Assembly (NCBI GenBank): GCA_030141605.1
Contig: JAQGDQ010000397.1
Span: forward strand, 1-64,000
Length of the DNA: 64,000 bases
Reading direction: 5' to 3'
Source: Tubiluchus corallicola
Taxonomy: Eukaryota > Animalia > Priapulida
Part shown: piece after piece, positions 13,200 through 27,446 of the stretch
Layout of the letters: each line of letters starts with the position of its first letter
How positions within the stretch are numbered: position 1 is the stretch's first letter
The notes under the pieces: model-generated
The model's input: the letters and a program-made list of their open reading frames with translations, nothing else
Told to the model about the DNA's origin: nothing
The model's database searches: none
Made by a program: the position numbers and the translations under genes

Positions 13200-13625
13200 A
13201 GTGTACATCATCGTATAGCCCCGTTCTTCCTCCTTCTAAAGAGCTGTATATCTCCTTCCAAGAGTCACAATATACGCCTTTAGAGCGTTTTTTCTAAAGG
13301 GTGTTTGGCCGAAATTTCGAAGAAATTGGGAGTTGGGTCCCGGAAAATACCCGCAGTGTGCAAAAGTGGCCCTCTAGCGAAATCTAAATATGACTATTAC
13401 ACCCAACGTTAAATGGGCTATTCAACTATTACCAGCAGCACCTGTGGCCCGTTCCGGATCTCTAGAAATAAGAGGTACAATTTTTGCAAAAAACGAGCAA
13501 GCATGACCATTTTTGAAGATTTTTACGGCCCCTGTTCCTCCAGTTAGGTCCGATTCGAAATATAAACCACCAGGTGCGAACCCTTGGGTGGAGACCTTTC
13601 ATTTGACGTATAGATCAATACATCA
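13200..13625 (+). repeat. Dispersed DINE-1/HINE-like non-autonomous element; other copies at about 32885-33370 and 34160-34660, and in reverse at about 20130-20340, 44220-44600 and 58450-58700
   Basis: Shared blocks aaatatgactattacac, ctctagaaataagag, ccgattcgaaa.ataaaacc and gacctttc(a/g)ttt.a.gtatag. The copies are seen directly; the family label is inference. Confidence 0.55.
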
Positions 13626-14439
13626 AAATGACTGCAAATTTCTACAACTTTGCTCCTGTGACTGAATGTGTCGCACTAAACTGTAACGTTTGGTAAAATC
13701 CAATAGAAGAGTGCTATCGTGATATATTGTGCGTCCCTCATGAAATACAGGAACAGATATACCAGAAAATGATACGTCAGAAAACGAGACAAAAAAGTAT
13801 GAACAAAACATGAATAACAAAAAGAAATGTTTAGAGATTTCTCGCGCAATTATTACAATCCGCGAATTTTCAAATTTATCGCTCATTAAAAAAATAATTA
13901 AGTTGAACTGTAATTGCGGAAAACCGATCATGTGAGTCTCATTCTTGTTATGCTGATGCCAGTGTCTGTGTGTAACTGTTTTCAAGCCCTCTGCATTCAG
14001 GACCACAAGAGAATCTAGTCAGATGATCTGACTTTCAGATTTGCTATGGAAAGTGTAAACAGCAAAATGTGCACTAGTGTTTCCCAGAAATTTAAACGTT
14101 ATTTTAGAAGTCAAAGATGAAGTGAAACCAAATTTCGATTTTGAGTGTAAAATGCGTGAATTTGGTTAAATGTGAAAAGTGTGCATTGTATTTTCTGTGG
14201 TATGAACCAGTAACCTGGTTCTTACTGGTTCTTTACATAAAAGAACGCAGTAAATTTAAAAAATATTTATAATGTGATTGTGCTAATTGCATGGCGTGTC
14301 AATAATTTTCTTTTCTAATGAATGAAATTACGGCTGCGAATGGTCGTTAAGCTCACCAACGCTGGTACCACGTATCAACAGAGCCGAATAACTAGAACAA
14401 TTATGATAGGTTTACCTACACTTATATAAAATACAAGAA

Positions 14440-15265
14440 AAAAATATAATGCCTCATTTCCACACCCCAGAGGAATAGGAAGATCAAGTGTTCTAGTTCG
14501 ATAATGTCCATTAAGAATTTCTCACTAGAGTTACTAATTTTCCATTTTCAAGCATTCAAACGGAGCATTCTCCTTAATCAGTACAATGTCACCTACTTTA
14601 GGGTTAACTATCGATCACTTTCTTGGTTGTGCCAAATGCGTCTGTGCCAAACTGATCAGATATTTTCTAGATGCTCTAGATGCTTCTGTCAATGTTACAG
14701 TATAAGAGTAGTTTTTGGCTGATCACATTTTGCTCGTAGTGGGATCATCATAGCTACCAATAAAGCAAGAAGATGAGCAGGAGTTATTGCAAATCCAGAA
14801 TCATAACACAAATACCAAATGATTCGAATTCAGCATGACCTCAATTTTGGACAAAATTGTTAAAAGCTGTCAGACATATTCTTCCCTCAGTTCTCACTTT
14901 CTTTTTCAAGGGAGACATTCTTAACAGCCGCTTATTAAGGTACCATACAGTATAATGAATTTTCTAGTAATTCCATGTTGACAACTGTAATTTTTCACAC
15001 TTGGATCAGTAGTATTACATGTTTTACTGACAGTAGATTTGGTAAGTTTAAAGTTAGCAGCATTATCGGATGCATTCATTCTGTGCTTTGCTCTTCTTAC
15101 AATAAATCGTCTGAGGCAAAGTAAGAATTAGTCTGCTCACGAGGCTTTTACTAGTTCCAAATATACTGCTTTTGTTGTAAAACATGCATACAAACGCACC
15201 TACACTTTCGCTATTGATTGGCTTGTTTTAACTTAGAGTGGTCCAGTGTAATCTAATCCAGTATA
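14440..15265 (-). mobile_element. Degenerate BEL/Pao integrase plus DUF5641 region
   Basis: Reverse-strand motifs in order: GLDYTGPL*VK; YACFTTKAVYLELV; CLRRFIVRR.....SDNAANF; LLTILSKIEVMLNS; YLISL; NPKVGDIVLIKE. Confidence 0.8.
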
Positions 15266-15364
15266 TGTAAATGAATTATATTTATTTATTTTCTATTTCA
15301 TTTCAATTAACTTTTCTTTGTATTATCCACTTTCGTAACATACAATGTAACATTTAATGACACT

Positions 15365-17340
15365 TCATACTTCTGTTATAGTTGTTGAAGCTTTGAATTT
15401 TTGTCTACCTGCCTTATGTTTGTATGAGTACCCAGCTATCAATCTCAATGCATAGTTTTGAAGGAGATTTAATTTTAAGTAATTTTCTCTTTTGTTTTTT
15501 TGCAGTAGCGTACATCCATATAAGAAGTGTGGTAGAACTAAAGTTTTATATATTAGTGTTTTAGTTTCCTTTGTTAGTTGCCCTTTAACTTGTCGGAGAT
15601 ATGATGTGCTAGATGCCATTTTTGTGTATTATGTTATTAAAGCGTTCATCCCATGAAAGATTATTGTCTACCTGTATGCCCAGGAATTTAACATTGTTAG
15701 TTTGTTTGATTACAGCATTATCTATTGCCAAAGTGGTTGATGATGCATCATTAGTATTTAATGAGGGTGACAGTATCATGAATTCTGTTTTGTCATTATT
15801 CATTTTTAGCTTGTAATGACTAAATGCCATATTTATGTTTTTTATATCTTCTTCTAAATAATTTTTTGCAGTTTGGATATTTTCATGGGCTATGTAGATT
15901 GTAGCGTCATCAGCGTATTGCGTTATTTGTGAGTGTTGTAATACACTAGATATGTTGTTTACATTTACCCAAAATAATAATGAACCTAGTAGTGTTCCTT
16001 GCGGTATACTTCTGTTTAACGTGGCCCAGTCAGAAAAGTTGGTTGTATTTAACTTTACTCGTTGTTGCCTATCTTTGAGATAATTTTCTATCATTTTTAA
16101 CTATATCGAATCAAATCCGATTTGTTTTAAGTTATCGTAAAGAAGTTCGTGATTAATGCTATCGAATGTTTTACTTAAATCCAAAAAAATGCTGCTAAAA
16201 TGTATTGCTTGTTGTCTAAACTATGTCTCAAATTTTCTGTTAAAGTGTATTAGGGAGTCAATGGTTGAATGGTGTTTACGGAAGCCAAACTGATGTTGAT
16301 AAGAGTTCATGTTTATTTACGTATGAATTTGTCTGATCATAAATAATCATTGCCCAAACTTTGCCGAAACAATGGATTATGGAAATCGGGCGATAATTCA
16401 TGGAATCACATTTCGGATCTTTTTTTATGGATTGGAGTCACGTTTGCCATTTTACATACCGTTGGAAATTCGCCTCTCATAATTATCTGATTAGCAATGT
16501 AAGTCATACGCGGGGCTATTACAGATGCACTATCTTTTAGAATTTTGATAGGAATATCTGATGGTCCACTCCCTTTGTTGGAACTTAGGTTATTTAATAT
16601 GTTGTTAATTTCTCCTACTGTGACGCTTTTGAATGAGAATACTGTGTTAGACAAATTGTTTTTTAATTTATTAATTAGATTATTGCTAATATGAGAAAGC
16701 CACTCACTTAAAATTTCCAAGATTTAGGAATATTGCATTTAGCACGTTGGCAATATCTTTGGGTTTTGTAATAACAGTGTTGTTGATCTTAATTTCGTCA
16801 ACACGCGTTAGTTTGTTACGGCATTTATTTATTACATTGTTAATTTTCCATTTTTCTTTAGTATTTGTTGCATTTTTACATGGTTGTTGTATATGTTTAT
16901 TTTTCAAGCATTTATTAAGATTATTTAATTGATTTCTCTTCTAAAAAGAATCATAGCATTTATAATTGCTATGATTCTTTTTAGTTTTGTTTTTTTCCCA
17001 TATATTATACATTCTGTTTTTCGCTATTCTTAGTTTGTCAAGTTCAGGTGTTGTCCAGGTACTTTCGTTATTGCGTTTGCTTTGTTGTGGGATTTGTTTT
17101 ATGTTTTTATATGGTGCATGTACATTAAGGCAATATTCGACATTCTTAATCAAAATATTAACTTGTGTATCTATTTTATCAGTCATATATGTGGAGGTCC
17201 AGTTCATTTTTGCTAAGTCGATTAAGTATGAATGTTTGTTGTATTGGTTGTAGTCTCTCATTAAATGCCAGACTGAATTTTGGTTATTGTTATGCTGTGG
17301 GGTCATTTTATCTACTAATATTGTGAAATGATGATCTAAA
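15365..17340 (-). mobile_element. Degenerate CR1/L2-type LINE ORF2 (reverse transcriptase), frameshifted
   Basis: KGSGPSDIP, ANVTPIHK, DLSK.FDSINH, NYLKDRQQRV, IPQGTLLGSLLF, QYADD, VKFLGIQVDNNLSW and IYKTLVLPH.LYG are spread over fragmented ORFs. Confidence 0.92.
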
Positions 17341-17639
17341 TAATCACACCGGAAAGTAGCAATATAAGTTAATTATGAGAGGCGAATTTCCAATTGCAGA
17401 CTTGTTTCCCAGGCTGGCGGGGCAAATTGCAACGGTAGTTGAAGTGATGCATGGTCGTTCTTCAAACAACTACAGAACAAGTTACGTTAATTAAATCTTG
17501 CACCTAATAATAATTTCACGACTGCAGCTTACATAAACATAAAAATCACAATAATAGTCTTCATCATTGCTGTCTGATCTGCATCTTAGCATCGCTTGCT
17601 GGGGTTGTCTGGCGCGATCAATTTTCGCTGGAATCAAAT

Positions 17640-18030
17640 CTTTTCATTAAATTTAATACAGGTTTTGTACTTAATACATCAAAATACATCACACAAATTG
17701 CAACACTCATCTCATGAGCACTGCAATCATATGTATACCCAAAAAGAAACTTTCCGACGCTTCGTGCACAATTTTGAATTTTAAGATATTATAACTATTA
17801 AAATGTCTCCAGGTTGGCTCTCAACAGAATGAATTACAATAAGCATTAAATAAAATTTAATATCTTTTATCATCAACAAAACAATAGCTCTAAGTTTTCT
17901 AATCAGATGGTTTGTATGATAGTAGTATAATGATCTTTGACTAACAATGTGAAGGTCATCTGGGTTATCATTTGAAACAATATGTCCCAAATATTTTTCA
18001 TTATCTCATTATGTCTGAATTAGCCAGATA
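17640..18030 (-). mobile_element. Second LINE RT C-terminal (thumb) fragment, L2-like
   Basis: KYLGHIVSNDNPDDLHIVSQ...Y..TNHLIRKL resembles KYLGH.I...L.DD.DI..Q...Y...N.L.RKF. Confidence 0.6.
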
Positions 18031-19179
18031 TTTGCAAGCTTTTTCTATGATCAATCTTTTGTAAATAAGCTTATTAGCTTTTGTGTTTTATGAATTTAAT
18101 AGTTTTTATTTTAACAAAAAATTATAATTTTGCTTAGCGGCTTATTCTTGCTTTAAAAATAATACTGAAAAAATACAGCTGCTATAAATCGCCATGGACA
18201 GATGTAGGCCTCACAGGCTTTGGTCAGTGTACAAATATTTGATTTGTAGCAAAAGTTATGGAACTGTGTTAAAATTTACATTTTGATTTAATTGCATAAA
18301 TGCATTCTCGAGAAATTAAACAAAGATAGGTTTATTTGTGTTCTTACAATTCACGGCTGGCCTGTAATTCTATTGAACGGCCTGAATGAACAATCTCAGC
18401 AGCCTGACACCATACGCCAATGCGCGCCACATTCTGTAATGCTCTGCCGCCAGTGTATTGTTATTGTGCTTATAAATCATTTTAATCTTATCAAAACGTG
18501 GCATTTCCCAAGCAGTTATATTATTACAAACCTTATTTCAACAATTGCATATTAATTAGATTTTAAATGAATAATGCTATACCTACATAGAATCATTTTT
18601 CACAATTTATTTACGTAGTCTTTATTTACTGTTGTTAGTTAATTATTATTTTTTCTTTTAATTCTGCAGTTACAACTTTTTTTTCTTGTTCGATTTTTGT
18701 ACTTTATTTCAGGTTTTTCACACAAAATCGAAGATGCACTGCCGCTTTTGCTAATATTGGTTGGGGCGCATCCTCAGTAAGGTTTTGTTTCATTTACTCA
18801 TAGTATCGTTAAACATAAAAATAAACGCTATTATCATTAAGAAACTTAAGAAAATCACTTCCACTGGAAATCATTATATTTGTTGGGTTAAACGAATCAT
18901 TTACATACGACATTATGATTTTTATAATCATGTCATGGGTTTTAGCAAGATACCTAATCTAAATATCTAAACTCGTGTACACAGGGGCGGCGCCACTATC
19001 ACGGTGACGTCGCACAGCATAGTACATGTGTTTCTGCAAGCACCATGCGTGAAAACCGTCCAAATAAGACTTTGTGTCATACCAAACACATAGAGGATGA
19101 CGAAGTATTAGTTTCACATAATAGTGTTCGATTATATGTAACCTGCTTCACGAACCCAATGACCACCCACAGACTGGTT

Positions 19180-19530
19180 CCGCCACATTACGCTAGATGG
19201 TAGCTCACTAGTACGTACTGTCAGACAGTTCTTTCACTCTGCGTTTCTTAACTATCACTTTTAACGCCATATTATCAACAGCTATTAACAATCGTCAGCC
19301 TCCCAAACCTATCCACAACAGTGGAATGTGGATTCACAATGTTAAAACCACCATTTGGTCCAACTGATCACCACTGAGTTTTACTACTTTAACTTCACTA
19401 GTTCTGCTATATCTAATGTTAACATCTTCAAAGAGCAATCTGTCATTATCTTGACAGAAGCAACCACGTGCCCTCCAAAAACCGTTGACTTACACCTGGT
19501 CGCATTCAATGAAGCCACTTTTTGTATCAT
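19180..19530 (+). mobile_element. hAT transposase C-terminal dimerisation-domain remnant
   Basis: LLTIVSLPNLSTTVECGFTMLK resembles the ST..VER.FS motif; heavily decayed. Confidence 0.4.
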
Positions 19531-20744
19531 TATAAGGTAGACCAGGCTCCTTAGTAGATAAGTCAGGCCCCTTAGTAAACAGGAAAGTCAGAAAGCAACA
19601 AAAATATCAGCCGTATATCTAAACCAAAATATCCATACCGTTATGCATTTTCAAGAATAAATGATTTATCTGTGTTCTAGCAATTCAGCAAAATCCAGTT
19701 AACATGAGAGAGAAGCAGCCACACAACCATTTAGCTACAAGGACCTGTAGTGCATAACTTTTTTCACTAGCTACTCGTCATGTCACTTCTCCACTTATTC
19801 TGTTATTTCCAATATGTTACAGAAGATCAAAAGCAGTTTTGTTTGAATGCACGGAATAAAGCTTTGTTAACAAAGCAAGGGTGTGTTACTTTACTGTGAT
19901 GCTATTTGCATAGTGTGGTGGAGTAGTGTATTGTGGGTGTTTTGGTGTGAGTGGAGTGCTGTGATGTGGTGGACTTGATGTGGGAGGTGTGGTGTGGTTT
20001 GTCATTGTGGTTTTTTGTCATGTTCAAATTTTTGCCGGGGATTGATAAGTCTTAAAATTAATTTTTGTTGTTTCTGGATTCATTATATATATTGCATCAA
20101 GATCTCTCATCGCATCGTTTCATTAATGGTTTATTTATCCAATTAGGCCCAACTGGGGAAGCCATTTTGCCTCTTTTTTCAAAATTTATACCTCTTATTT
20201 CTAGAGATTGGAAATGGCCATGGCGCAGTGCTGGTAAAAGTTTGGTAGGCCATTTAACGGTGGATGTTATAGGCGTATATTAGATTCGCAGGTAACCATT
20301 AGTGGGCGTTTTCACGGGCACAACTCCCGATGATTTATGTCTGAAATTTTTTTTAAAATATTTTTTTAAATTTGTCACAGGTTTTTAAGATAATTAACAT
20401 CGTGTAAGTACCAGACATTAAAAGAGTCTGCAAAATCAGGGTTTGTTCATTTTTCACCTTTATCTCATAACTCTAAGTTCTGAGGGACTCCTCTGTTGAA
20501 AGTTAAATCGAAGACAAAATTTTTTGAAAGCTGAGCAGTCAGCAGTCTAATTATTAACAAAGTCCTGTGTTGCTTACTTCTCTGCCAAGCCCACAATGTA
20601 ATCAAACAGGTATTTCCTTTCCATGTTATCAGTAAGTTTACAATGGTTCCGAACTATGATTTCGGTCAGAAAGTGCAGAGAGTATGGATGAAACTGAAGT
20701 TATTTCAAATATTATTTTTAACTTTGTCTGAGATTTAGCAGTTC

Positions 20745-21660
20745 AGCAGTTCTGTCTCTGAGCACTGGGAATAGAGCTTTGTTAACAAAAGTTTATGCTT
20801 GGAATAGTATATCGCCCTGGGAGGCACGCAATAAGATGTTTTGTTAAGATTGAAAGGAATGTCTTTTTAGGTTTGAAAGCTTTTCAAACTGTTTGTATAG
20901 CAAATATTGGGCTAGAAGCTTTTCTTGTGATAATAAAGGGCGAGACTGCGTAATAACAATTGCTGTTTGGATAAAATGGAGACAGCTTTAAGTGCTGAGC
21001 CACCTGAACAAAAGGCTCTTTACATTCTGTTTTATTCAAGTTCTGTTAAAGTGCAGGGTTAAAGTGGCTCGGAAGCAAAGAAAAATACTTTCCCACATTT
21101 TAACATCTTGTGTAAGTTACCCTCACCTGAACACTTGGGAATTATCCCAGGGAAGAGTTAAGTAAGAAAAATTTAAATGAACCGAATTGCCTACAACTGA
21201 GAAAGATTTTGGAACTTTTTTGTTTTTCCAGTAAAAAATTTACATTTTGCCAAATCTGCTGATACCGTTACTGTGTTAACCAGATATTACTGAAAATGAT
21301 GGGGGTGGGGAGAAGTTTTTGTAAATTATATCAGCATCATTTCAAATTCTGTCTGCCATTGTTTTAAAGGGATTAATACTTTCCTTTAAACTTACAGTAA
21401 ACAAAAATATTTTTCCATGTCATTACATTCCTGAGCAAATTAGCCACTTAAGAACTGCTACCCCCTGTGTAGGCCCATAAATATTCGGCTTAGAACTTGT
21501 TTTGCTTGTGTTGGGATGTGAGAAATTTCTGAAATTTACTTAAAAAATATCTTGTGTCAATAAATCAGCCTAGGAGCCTAGAGAAAGATGCCAACAAAAG
21601 AGTTAAGAAAACAAAGCAGAGTGATTACATCCTTAAACTTCAAAGCCTGCATTCCACACC
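20745..21660 (+). repeat. Diverged duplicate of about 60935-61942 (partial third copy at about 25800-26340)
   Basis: Shared gcttttcttgtgataataaagggcgagactgcgtaata, aaattct.tctgccattgttttaaa and ccttaaacttcaaag.ctgcattccacacct. Confidence 0.9.
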
Positions 21661-21855
21661 TAATAAATTCGTAAATTCGGTAAACACTTTGTTTGTTTTG
21701 TTTGTTTTTTGTTTATTATGTAAATCTTTTTGAAGAAAGGTGGGTAAAGAAGGTCATAATTGGAATATTTTTGCCATTTATTTTTTCGCAAAGCTTGACG
21801 TGTACGCTAATAAATACGAGAAAAGCTCTGCCAAGGTCTGTGAGGGTGTGTGCAC

Positions 21856-22241
21856 TATGGGTGAGCATCAAACGTTCGAGTTTGAACGAGTTTTTTTTAG
21901 TTCGAACTCGATTGGAATCCAAAACTATAGATTCGAATAATTCAGCACTTCAAACAAATATGTTCATTATCGTTAAAAAGATTGAATCATCATGCAATTT
22001 AGTTGTAATTTCTGTGCTCAATTTCAACAAACTACTAATCGTTTTATTGCAGAACAAAATCTAGTGATATGCATGATCTTTGAAAGACTAACTTTTACTG
22101 GTGGTTCGAAAACTTGTACGAAAATGTTTCAGTACGAATTCGGTTCGAATTTGACACACAAAAGTTCGGTTCGATTAAATTCGAAAGTCACAAATTTGGT
22201 TGGATTTGAATTTGCTTTCTGGTAGAGAATGCTCACCCCTA
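21856..22241. mobile_element. hAT-type MITE with TTCGAA-rich interior
   Basis: TIRs tatgggtgagcat / atgctcaccccta. 8-bp TSD gtgtgcac (21848-21855) / gtgtgtac (22242-22249). An internally deleted copy lies at about 3793-3952 inside the duplicated block. Confidence 0.75.
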
Positions 22242-25200
22242 GTGTGTACTACACACCCCTTTTTTGTTATCTCCTCCTAAACAGACAACTACGAGTTAAT
22301 ACGAGGTCCATTTCGAAAAATTCTCGTTCACAAAACTGTGTATAATGCAGATTATGACCTTTGCTTGTATATTTCTCAGCCAATTTACATTCCCAAAATG
22401 AAAGGGTAAAAGGTAGTTAAACACTGTGTGGAACATCAGCACATTACTGTTTAAAAATCTGTTTAGCAAACAAATATTTTGCTAGCCTGTATCATACTAA
22501 TACAGATACATTTTTGTATTTTTGCTTGTTCACCTTTGTGTTAATTTTTTCCAAATGAAGCAGATGAATAAGTTTAGAATTGTTCAGCTCTGGCAGAGAT
22601 TTGTTTCCTATGAGCGCATTCTAGTTTTATTATAGAAATCAATTGCCTCCATGTAACATTATGAGCCATTGTTCCTGTACCATTGTTATCTGCACCATTT
22701 TTGTTGTGCACGGCTGCTGTAATTGTGGTTGTTATTGTCATTGTCATTGCTGCTGTTGTTATTATTGTAAAACAATTACAAATTCACTAAGTGTGACTAT
22801 ATTGTAGAAATAATCCATGTACTCAAATTTGTGACACAAGTTTCTTACATATGTTCAAGCATTTCTTTTTTAAATGGTGGTTATTGTGAGTAACAAATAA
22901 ACAATGAGAGTGCAGGAAAAACTGCTCTCACTAAGCAGCAATTATGTTGTCTTGTAGCTGTTACATTAGTTGCAATTTTGTACAGTAGATGGCAGCCTGA
23001 CATTGCCCGATACTATTCAGCTAATTGGTGCAGTTATATGATTGCAAATCTTACTTCAAGACTGCACACAAATTTTGATTTTAAATGCGTAATGCTAAAT
23101 CTACCTACTATCATTTATGTGATTGTTAGTGACTACTGATTGTTAATTAATATTTTTTTCTATATTATATGGTAACATATTGTATGTGTTGCATTAGTTG
23201 CGATTTTGTATAATAGACGGCTCAGTGGTATTACCCTAAGCTATTCAGCCAGTTGGGGCATCTGCCATTACTGGACACGCATGCTGTCAATCACTCTTAC
23301 CCATGAGCTCTCATGCTCATCGTTGCTTCCATGCACGCATCGCTACACTCACTGCCCTCACATGTGTGAGAGTGCACCATGTCTCTGCTATGCTCTACAC
23401 AAGCTGCCTGTTTGGGCAAAACATTTGCACCTTCCATTTACACTAGCCAAATATAAATGTCAAGAAATTAATAATAAAAATATTAATAATAGCGATAATG
23501 ATAACAGCAACAAAATCACTTTGAAAATGATAATGATACCAGAAACAAACAATGAATAACATTTTAAAGTGAAAATGTCGGAATCTATCCTGCATTTTTG
23601 AACAACGTAATAGGGATTTTTCATAATTCAATGTGTCAATTTAAGTAATTTACAACTATAATAAGTTTTCTTGGCAATTGGTTGTCTATCGGCAGCTCTG
23701 TTTCACTTACAACTGACCCAGTAAGAATCTCAAGTGTCTGAAACTATTTTCAACCATCCATTCATACACATCAATAAGAGAATTTGAATTCATTCAAATG
23801 ACTAAGCACTTCTTTAAAACTTTCTCTGTCTTGTCTAAACAACAATTATTATTAGGGAGTACCACCCTTTACTATCATAACAACAAAAACGAGTTCTTCT
23901 CTCTGTGTTTGCTATATAAATACTTTTAATGTTGTCTTTTTAATTTTAACAAAATACCATATTCCCTGTTTCTCAGTGCGATATGTTATGACAAGCATAA
24001 ACATCCAGCAAAAACAATAGAGCACACCTATTTATTCCCAGTGCACTCAGGCAGAACTACTTTTGAAAATAAAGGAACAACTTGAGAGGTGGTGTGAAGA
24101 GTATCTAGCAATAAAAGTTATGCACTGCAGGACCTTGGAAGTAAATGTTTAGGTGCCTGCTTTAAAAAAGCTCATCTCTCATATTACATGGTTTTTCAAG
24201 GATAGAGAGAATTCAGTATAACACCTATTCCAACTAATGTTTTTGGATATGGATAATGGATAATGGGTAACCATGTTATAAAATTGCCTGCAAAAGTAAT
24301 TCCAGTAATTGGAGTTTTAGAACACAACTAACAGTGATCATTTGAACTAATATAAAGTTCTTGAAACACTGAAAGTGACAGACTAATCTTATTGAAAGAA
24401 AACACTAACTTCTATTACGTCTTATAAACAATGCTATTGGATGTCAATATTGGGTCAACGTATCTCTTGTCGTTATGCTATACTCTGTCAAAAGTCACTT
24501 GCCATCTAAACTTGCACTTTATTCACCAGGTATATTATTGTAATGTGTAGTATAATATTACCATGACTTTGGATTGCCTTGACCACGAGAAAATTCAGTG
24601 GCATACAGCAGTCTATAACATCTCTTGGAATCCTGGTAATTTTGCTGGATTATAAAGAATGGATTTATACTACTTTTAAAACTGCTACACCACACAACTA
24701 CAACCACGAGAAGAGCAGGATAAAGACTAGGGTAAAAGGTTAATTTGACAGATTTTTGTTAATTTATGTGTAGCTATAGCGCTGTAGAATAAATATGTTG
24801 TCTCTTTTTAAACTCGTTACGGTAAATACATTTCAATGATAATTTTTTAATTTTCTTCAGCTTTGATAAATCTTGATTTGCAACAAATAAGCCTTCACTG
24901 ACCACTTACTGGACCTACTTCTCACTGAACTCAAAGATTTATTGTCAACAATGGTCAAATAGAAAACAATTGTCGTTACCACTTTAGGCACAATAAAGTG
25001 ATTATAATTTTTCTGAAGATTTTTAGCAATGCCTTTTGCATGCAGTAAAACTGCTTTTTATTACCAAAACAATTGCATGAGCATTAAAGAAAAATATAAG
25101 TGAATTCATTCAGTTCATTTTTTTTTCTTTTGTTTTTCTTGCAAATAGTTTGGTTTCTCAACCATCTTCCTGGCGTCTCTTTCCAGTTGTGTCAGCCTCG

Positions 25201-26020
25201 GGTGTGACTTATTTGCAAAAGTAACTTTAAATTTGAGAAATAATCAAATATGCGTGGAAAACTCTTTATTTTAATTAATTAAACCAAAAATAAACTTTGC
25301 AATAAATTCGCTAGAATCTAAAGGCTTATTGTGTTTCACATTTGCAGTAACATTGCTTCCACACACGCATCGCTACACTCACTGCTCCAGCATGTGTGAG
25401 AGTGCACCTCGTCTCTGCTACGAATTACACAGACCCTCATGTTTTGGTAAAATATATTCTCCATCCATGTACACTAGCCAAAAATGAATGCAGAGAAATG
25501 TCCGTTTTCATGCTAATGTTCGCTGTTTTGGTACAAAGGTATTACTGAAAACCCCAATGATGGGAATAAATTTTGCAGACATTTTCATAGAAACCTGAGC
25601 TGGTATATGGTTTGTATGTTTCTATGTTCTGTAAAAAATAACATAATACATGAACTTGTCACAGCAGCCACCCATCCATTTAGCTTGCAAGTAGCTGTAG
25701 TGCATAACTTCCTCCTTTGCTGCTTTTCAAGTAAACGTCTCAACTTTTCAATTATTGTCAGTTAGCAACAGAAGCTCAAAAGCAGTTTCGTTTGAGAGCT
25801 GGAATTAAATCTTCGTTATCAAAGCGAGGTGTGTTCTATTATTTCTGTAGAAAGTGTTGCTTGTCATAATATATCGCCCTGGGAAACATGCAGTAAGATG
25901 TTTTGTTAAATTTGAAAGGATAATAATGTGTTTTTAGTTTTGAAAGCTAGTATTGCAAACACAGGGCTCAAAACTGGCTTTTCTTATTATGATACTGCCT
26001 AACAATAATTGCTGTTTCGA

Positions 26021-26165
26021 TAAGATTGAGAATGTTTTAAGTGCTCAGCCACCTGAACAAAAGGCTCTTTGTAAGATGGAGAAAGTTTTAAGTGCTCAGC
26101 CACCTGAACAAAAGGCTCTTTGTAAGATGGAGAAAGTTTTAAGTCCTCAGCCACCTGAACAAAAT
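26021..26165 (+). repeat. 60-bp tandem repeat, about 2.5-3 copies
   Basis: taagat(t/g)gagaa(t/a)gttttaagt(g/c)ctcagccacctgaacaaaa occurs three times; this explains the repeated peptide of ORF 25953-26231. Confidence 0.9.
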
Positions 26166-26402
26166 GCTTTTTATATGCGGAATTCTAAGATTCAAGTTTT
26201 GTTGTTGATTTTGAGCTGGGATAATTGCTGAGAGTGGTTCTGAAGCAAAGATTCAGAAATATTTTCGTAAATTTTAACATCTTGTGAAAATCACCCTCCC
26301 CGGAACACCTGGGAATGACGCCAGGGAAAGAGTTAAAGTCTAGCGGCTTGAAAAACTCCGATTTGTCATTGAACACATACGCATTGTGTTACATCAAGTG
26401 AA

Positions 26403-26403
<1 letters not shown>

Positions 26404-26451
<48 letters not shown>

Positions 26452-26477
26452 CGTGCACGCGCGCGTGCATGTGTGTA
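26404..26477. repeat. Compound (TA)n(TG)n(GC) microsatellite
   Basis: Direct reading. Confidence 0.95.
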
Positions 26478-27446
26478 TGAATATTGAATTCATGATGAAA
26501 TCATGATCCAACATTACCCTTTGGCAATTACAATGTTACATTGTCATATTTACATGTTTTATTTTTATATCTCCATCACTTTAGCTATTTCAGGAGCGTT
26601 TTTCATGCCAATGTTTACTGTTTTGGCACTAAGGTATTACTAAGATCCAGGACTGTCGAGAGAGGGGCGTGGTGGTCAGTGACCCATGGCACAGGTGTTT
26701 TGGGGGCTCGAGAAGATTAATGACACAACCAGGGTTTTATTTAGCTAGTTCAGTTAAAAAGTTTTTTATTCATAAAGTCTGGCCTGGGATAAAAACCAAA
26801 GCTGATGTAATTGCGAGCGGGAAAGCTTCATTATGCCAATAAATCTCAATTACCATTTCAAATTACTCGGCTTTTCGTCAATTTTCGAATTAGTTTAACT
26901 TCAGCTAAAAGTAGCAAAAACAGGAGTAGCCCAACAAGAAATTTAAAGCAATGAATCACATAGTGAAAACTTTGGCAATAGTTTTGTATTCTCTCGGTTG
27001 CTTTTCCTTTAGTATTTTCACACGTAACTATTTCCTTTGTACAAGAACGCATAGGAATTTGTCCTTGGGTCATAACAATTTTTTCTTAGGTCACAATTTA
27101 ATACTAAAGAGCAGACAAAAGTAAATTATTTTCACTATTGATAATTACAGAGATTGATATTTGATGGGCAATTTCTGTCTTTAGCAAACAAATCACTTTA
27201 GAGAATTACCCTTTCATATGAACCCATGTTTGGTCATGTGATTGAACACATAAGATTGTCTGCTTGTTTTTAAACACCTATTATTATGCAGCTTCGTCTA
27301 TATTGTGATGGTAGGGGTACAGAAACTGTTTATTCTGCTCTAAAATGCTTTGAAATCTGAAAACTTAAATTCAATTATTGGAGTCCTTTTTAATCTTATC
27401 AAAACGTGACATTTCCTAATCGGTAACATGAGGAGAAACCTTCACT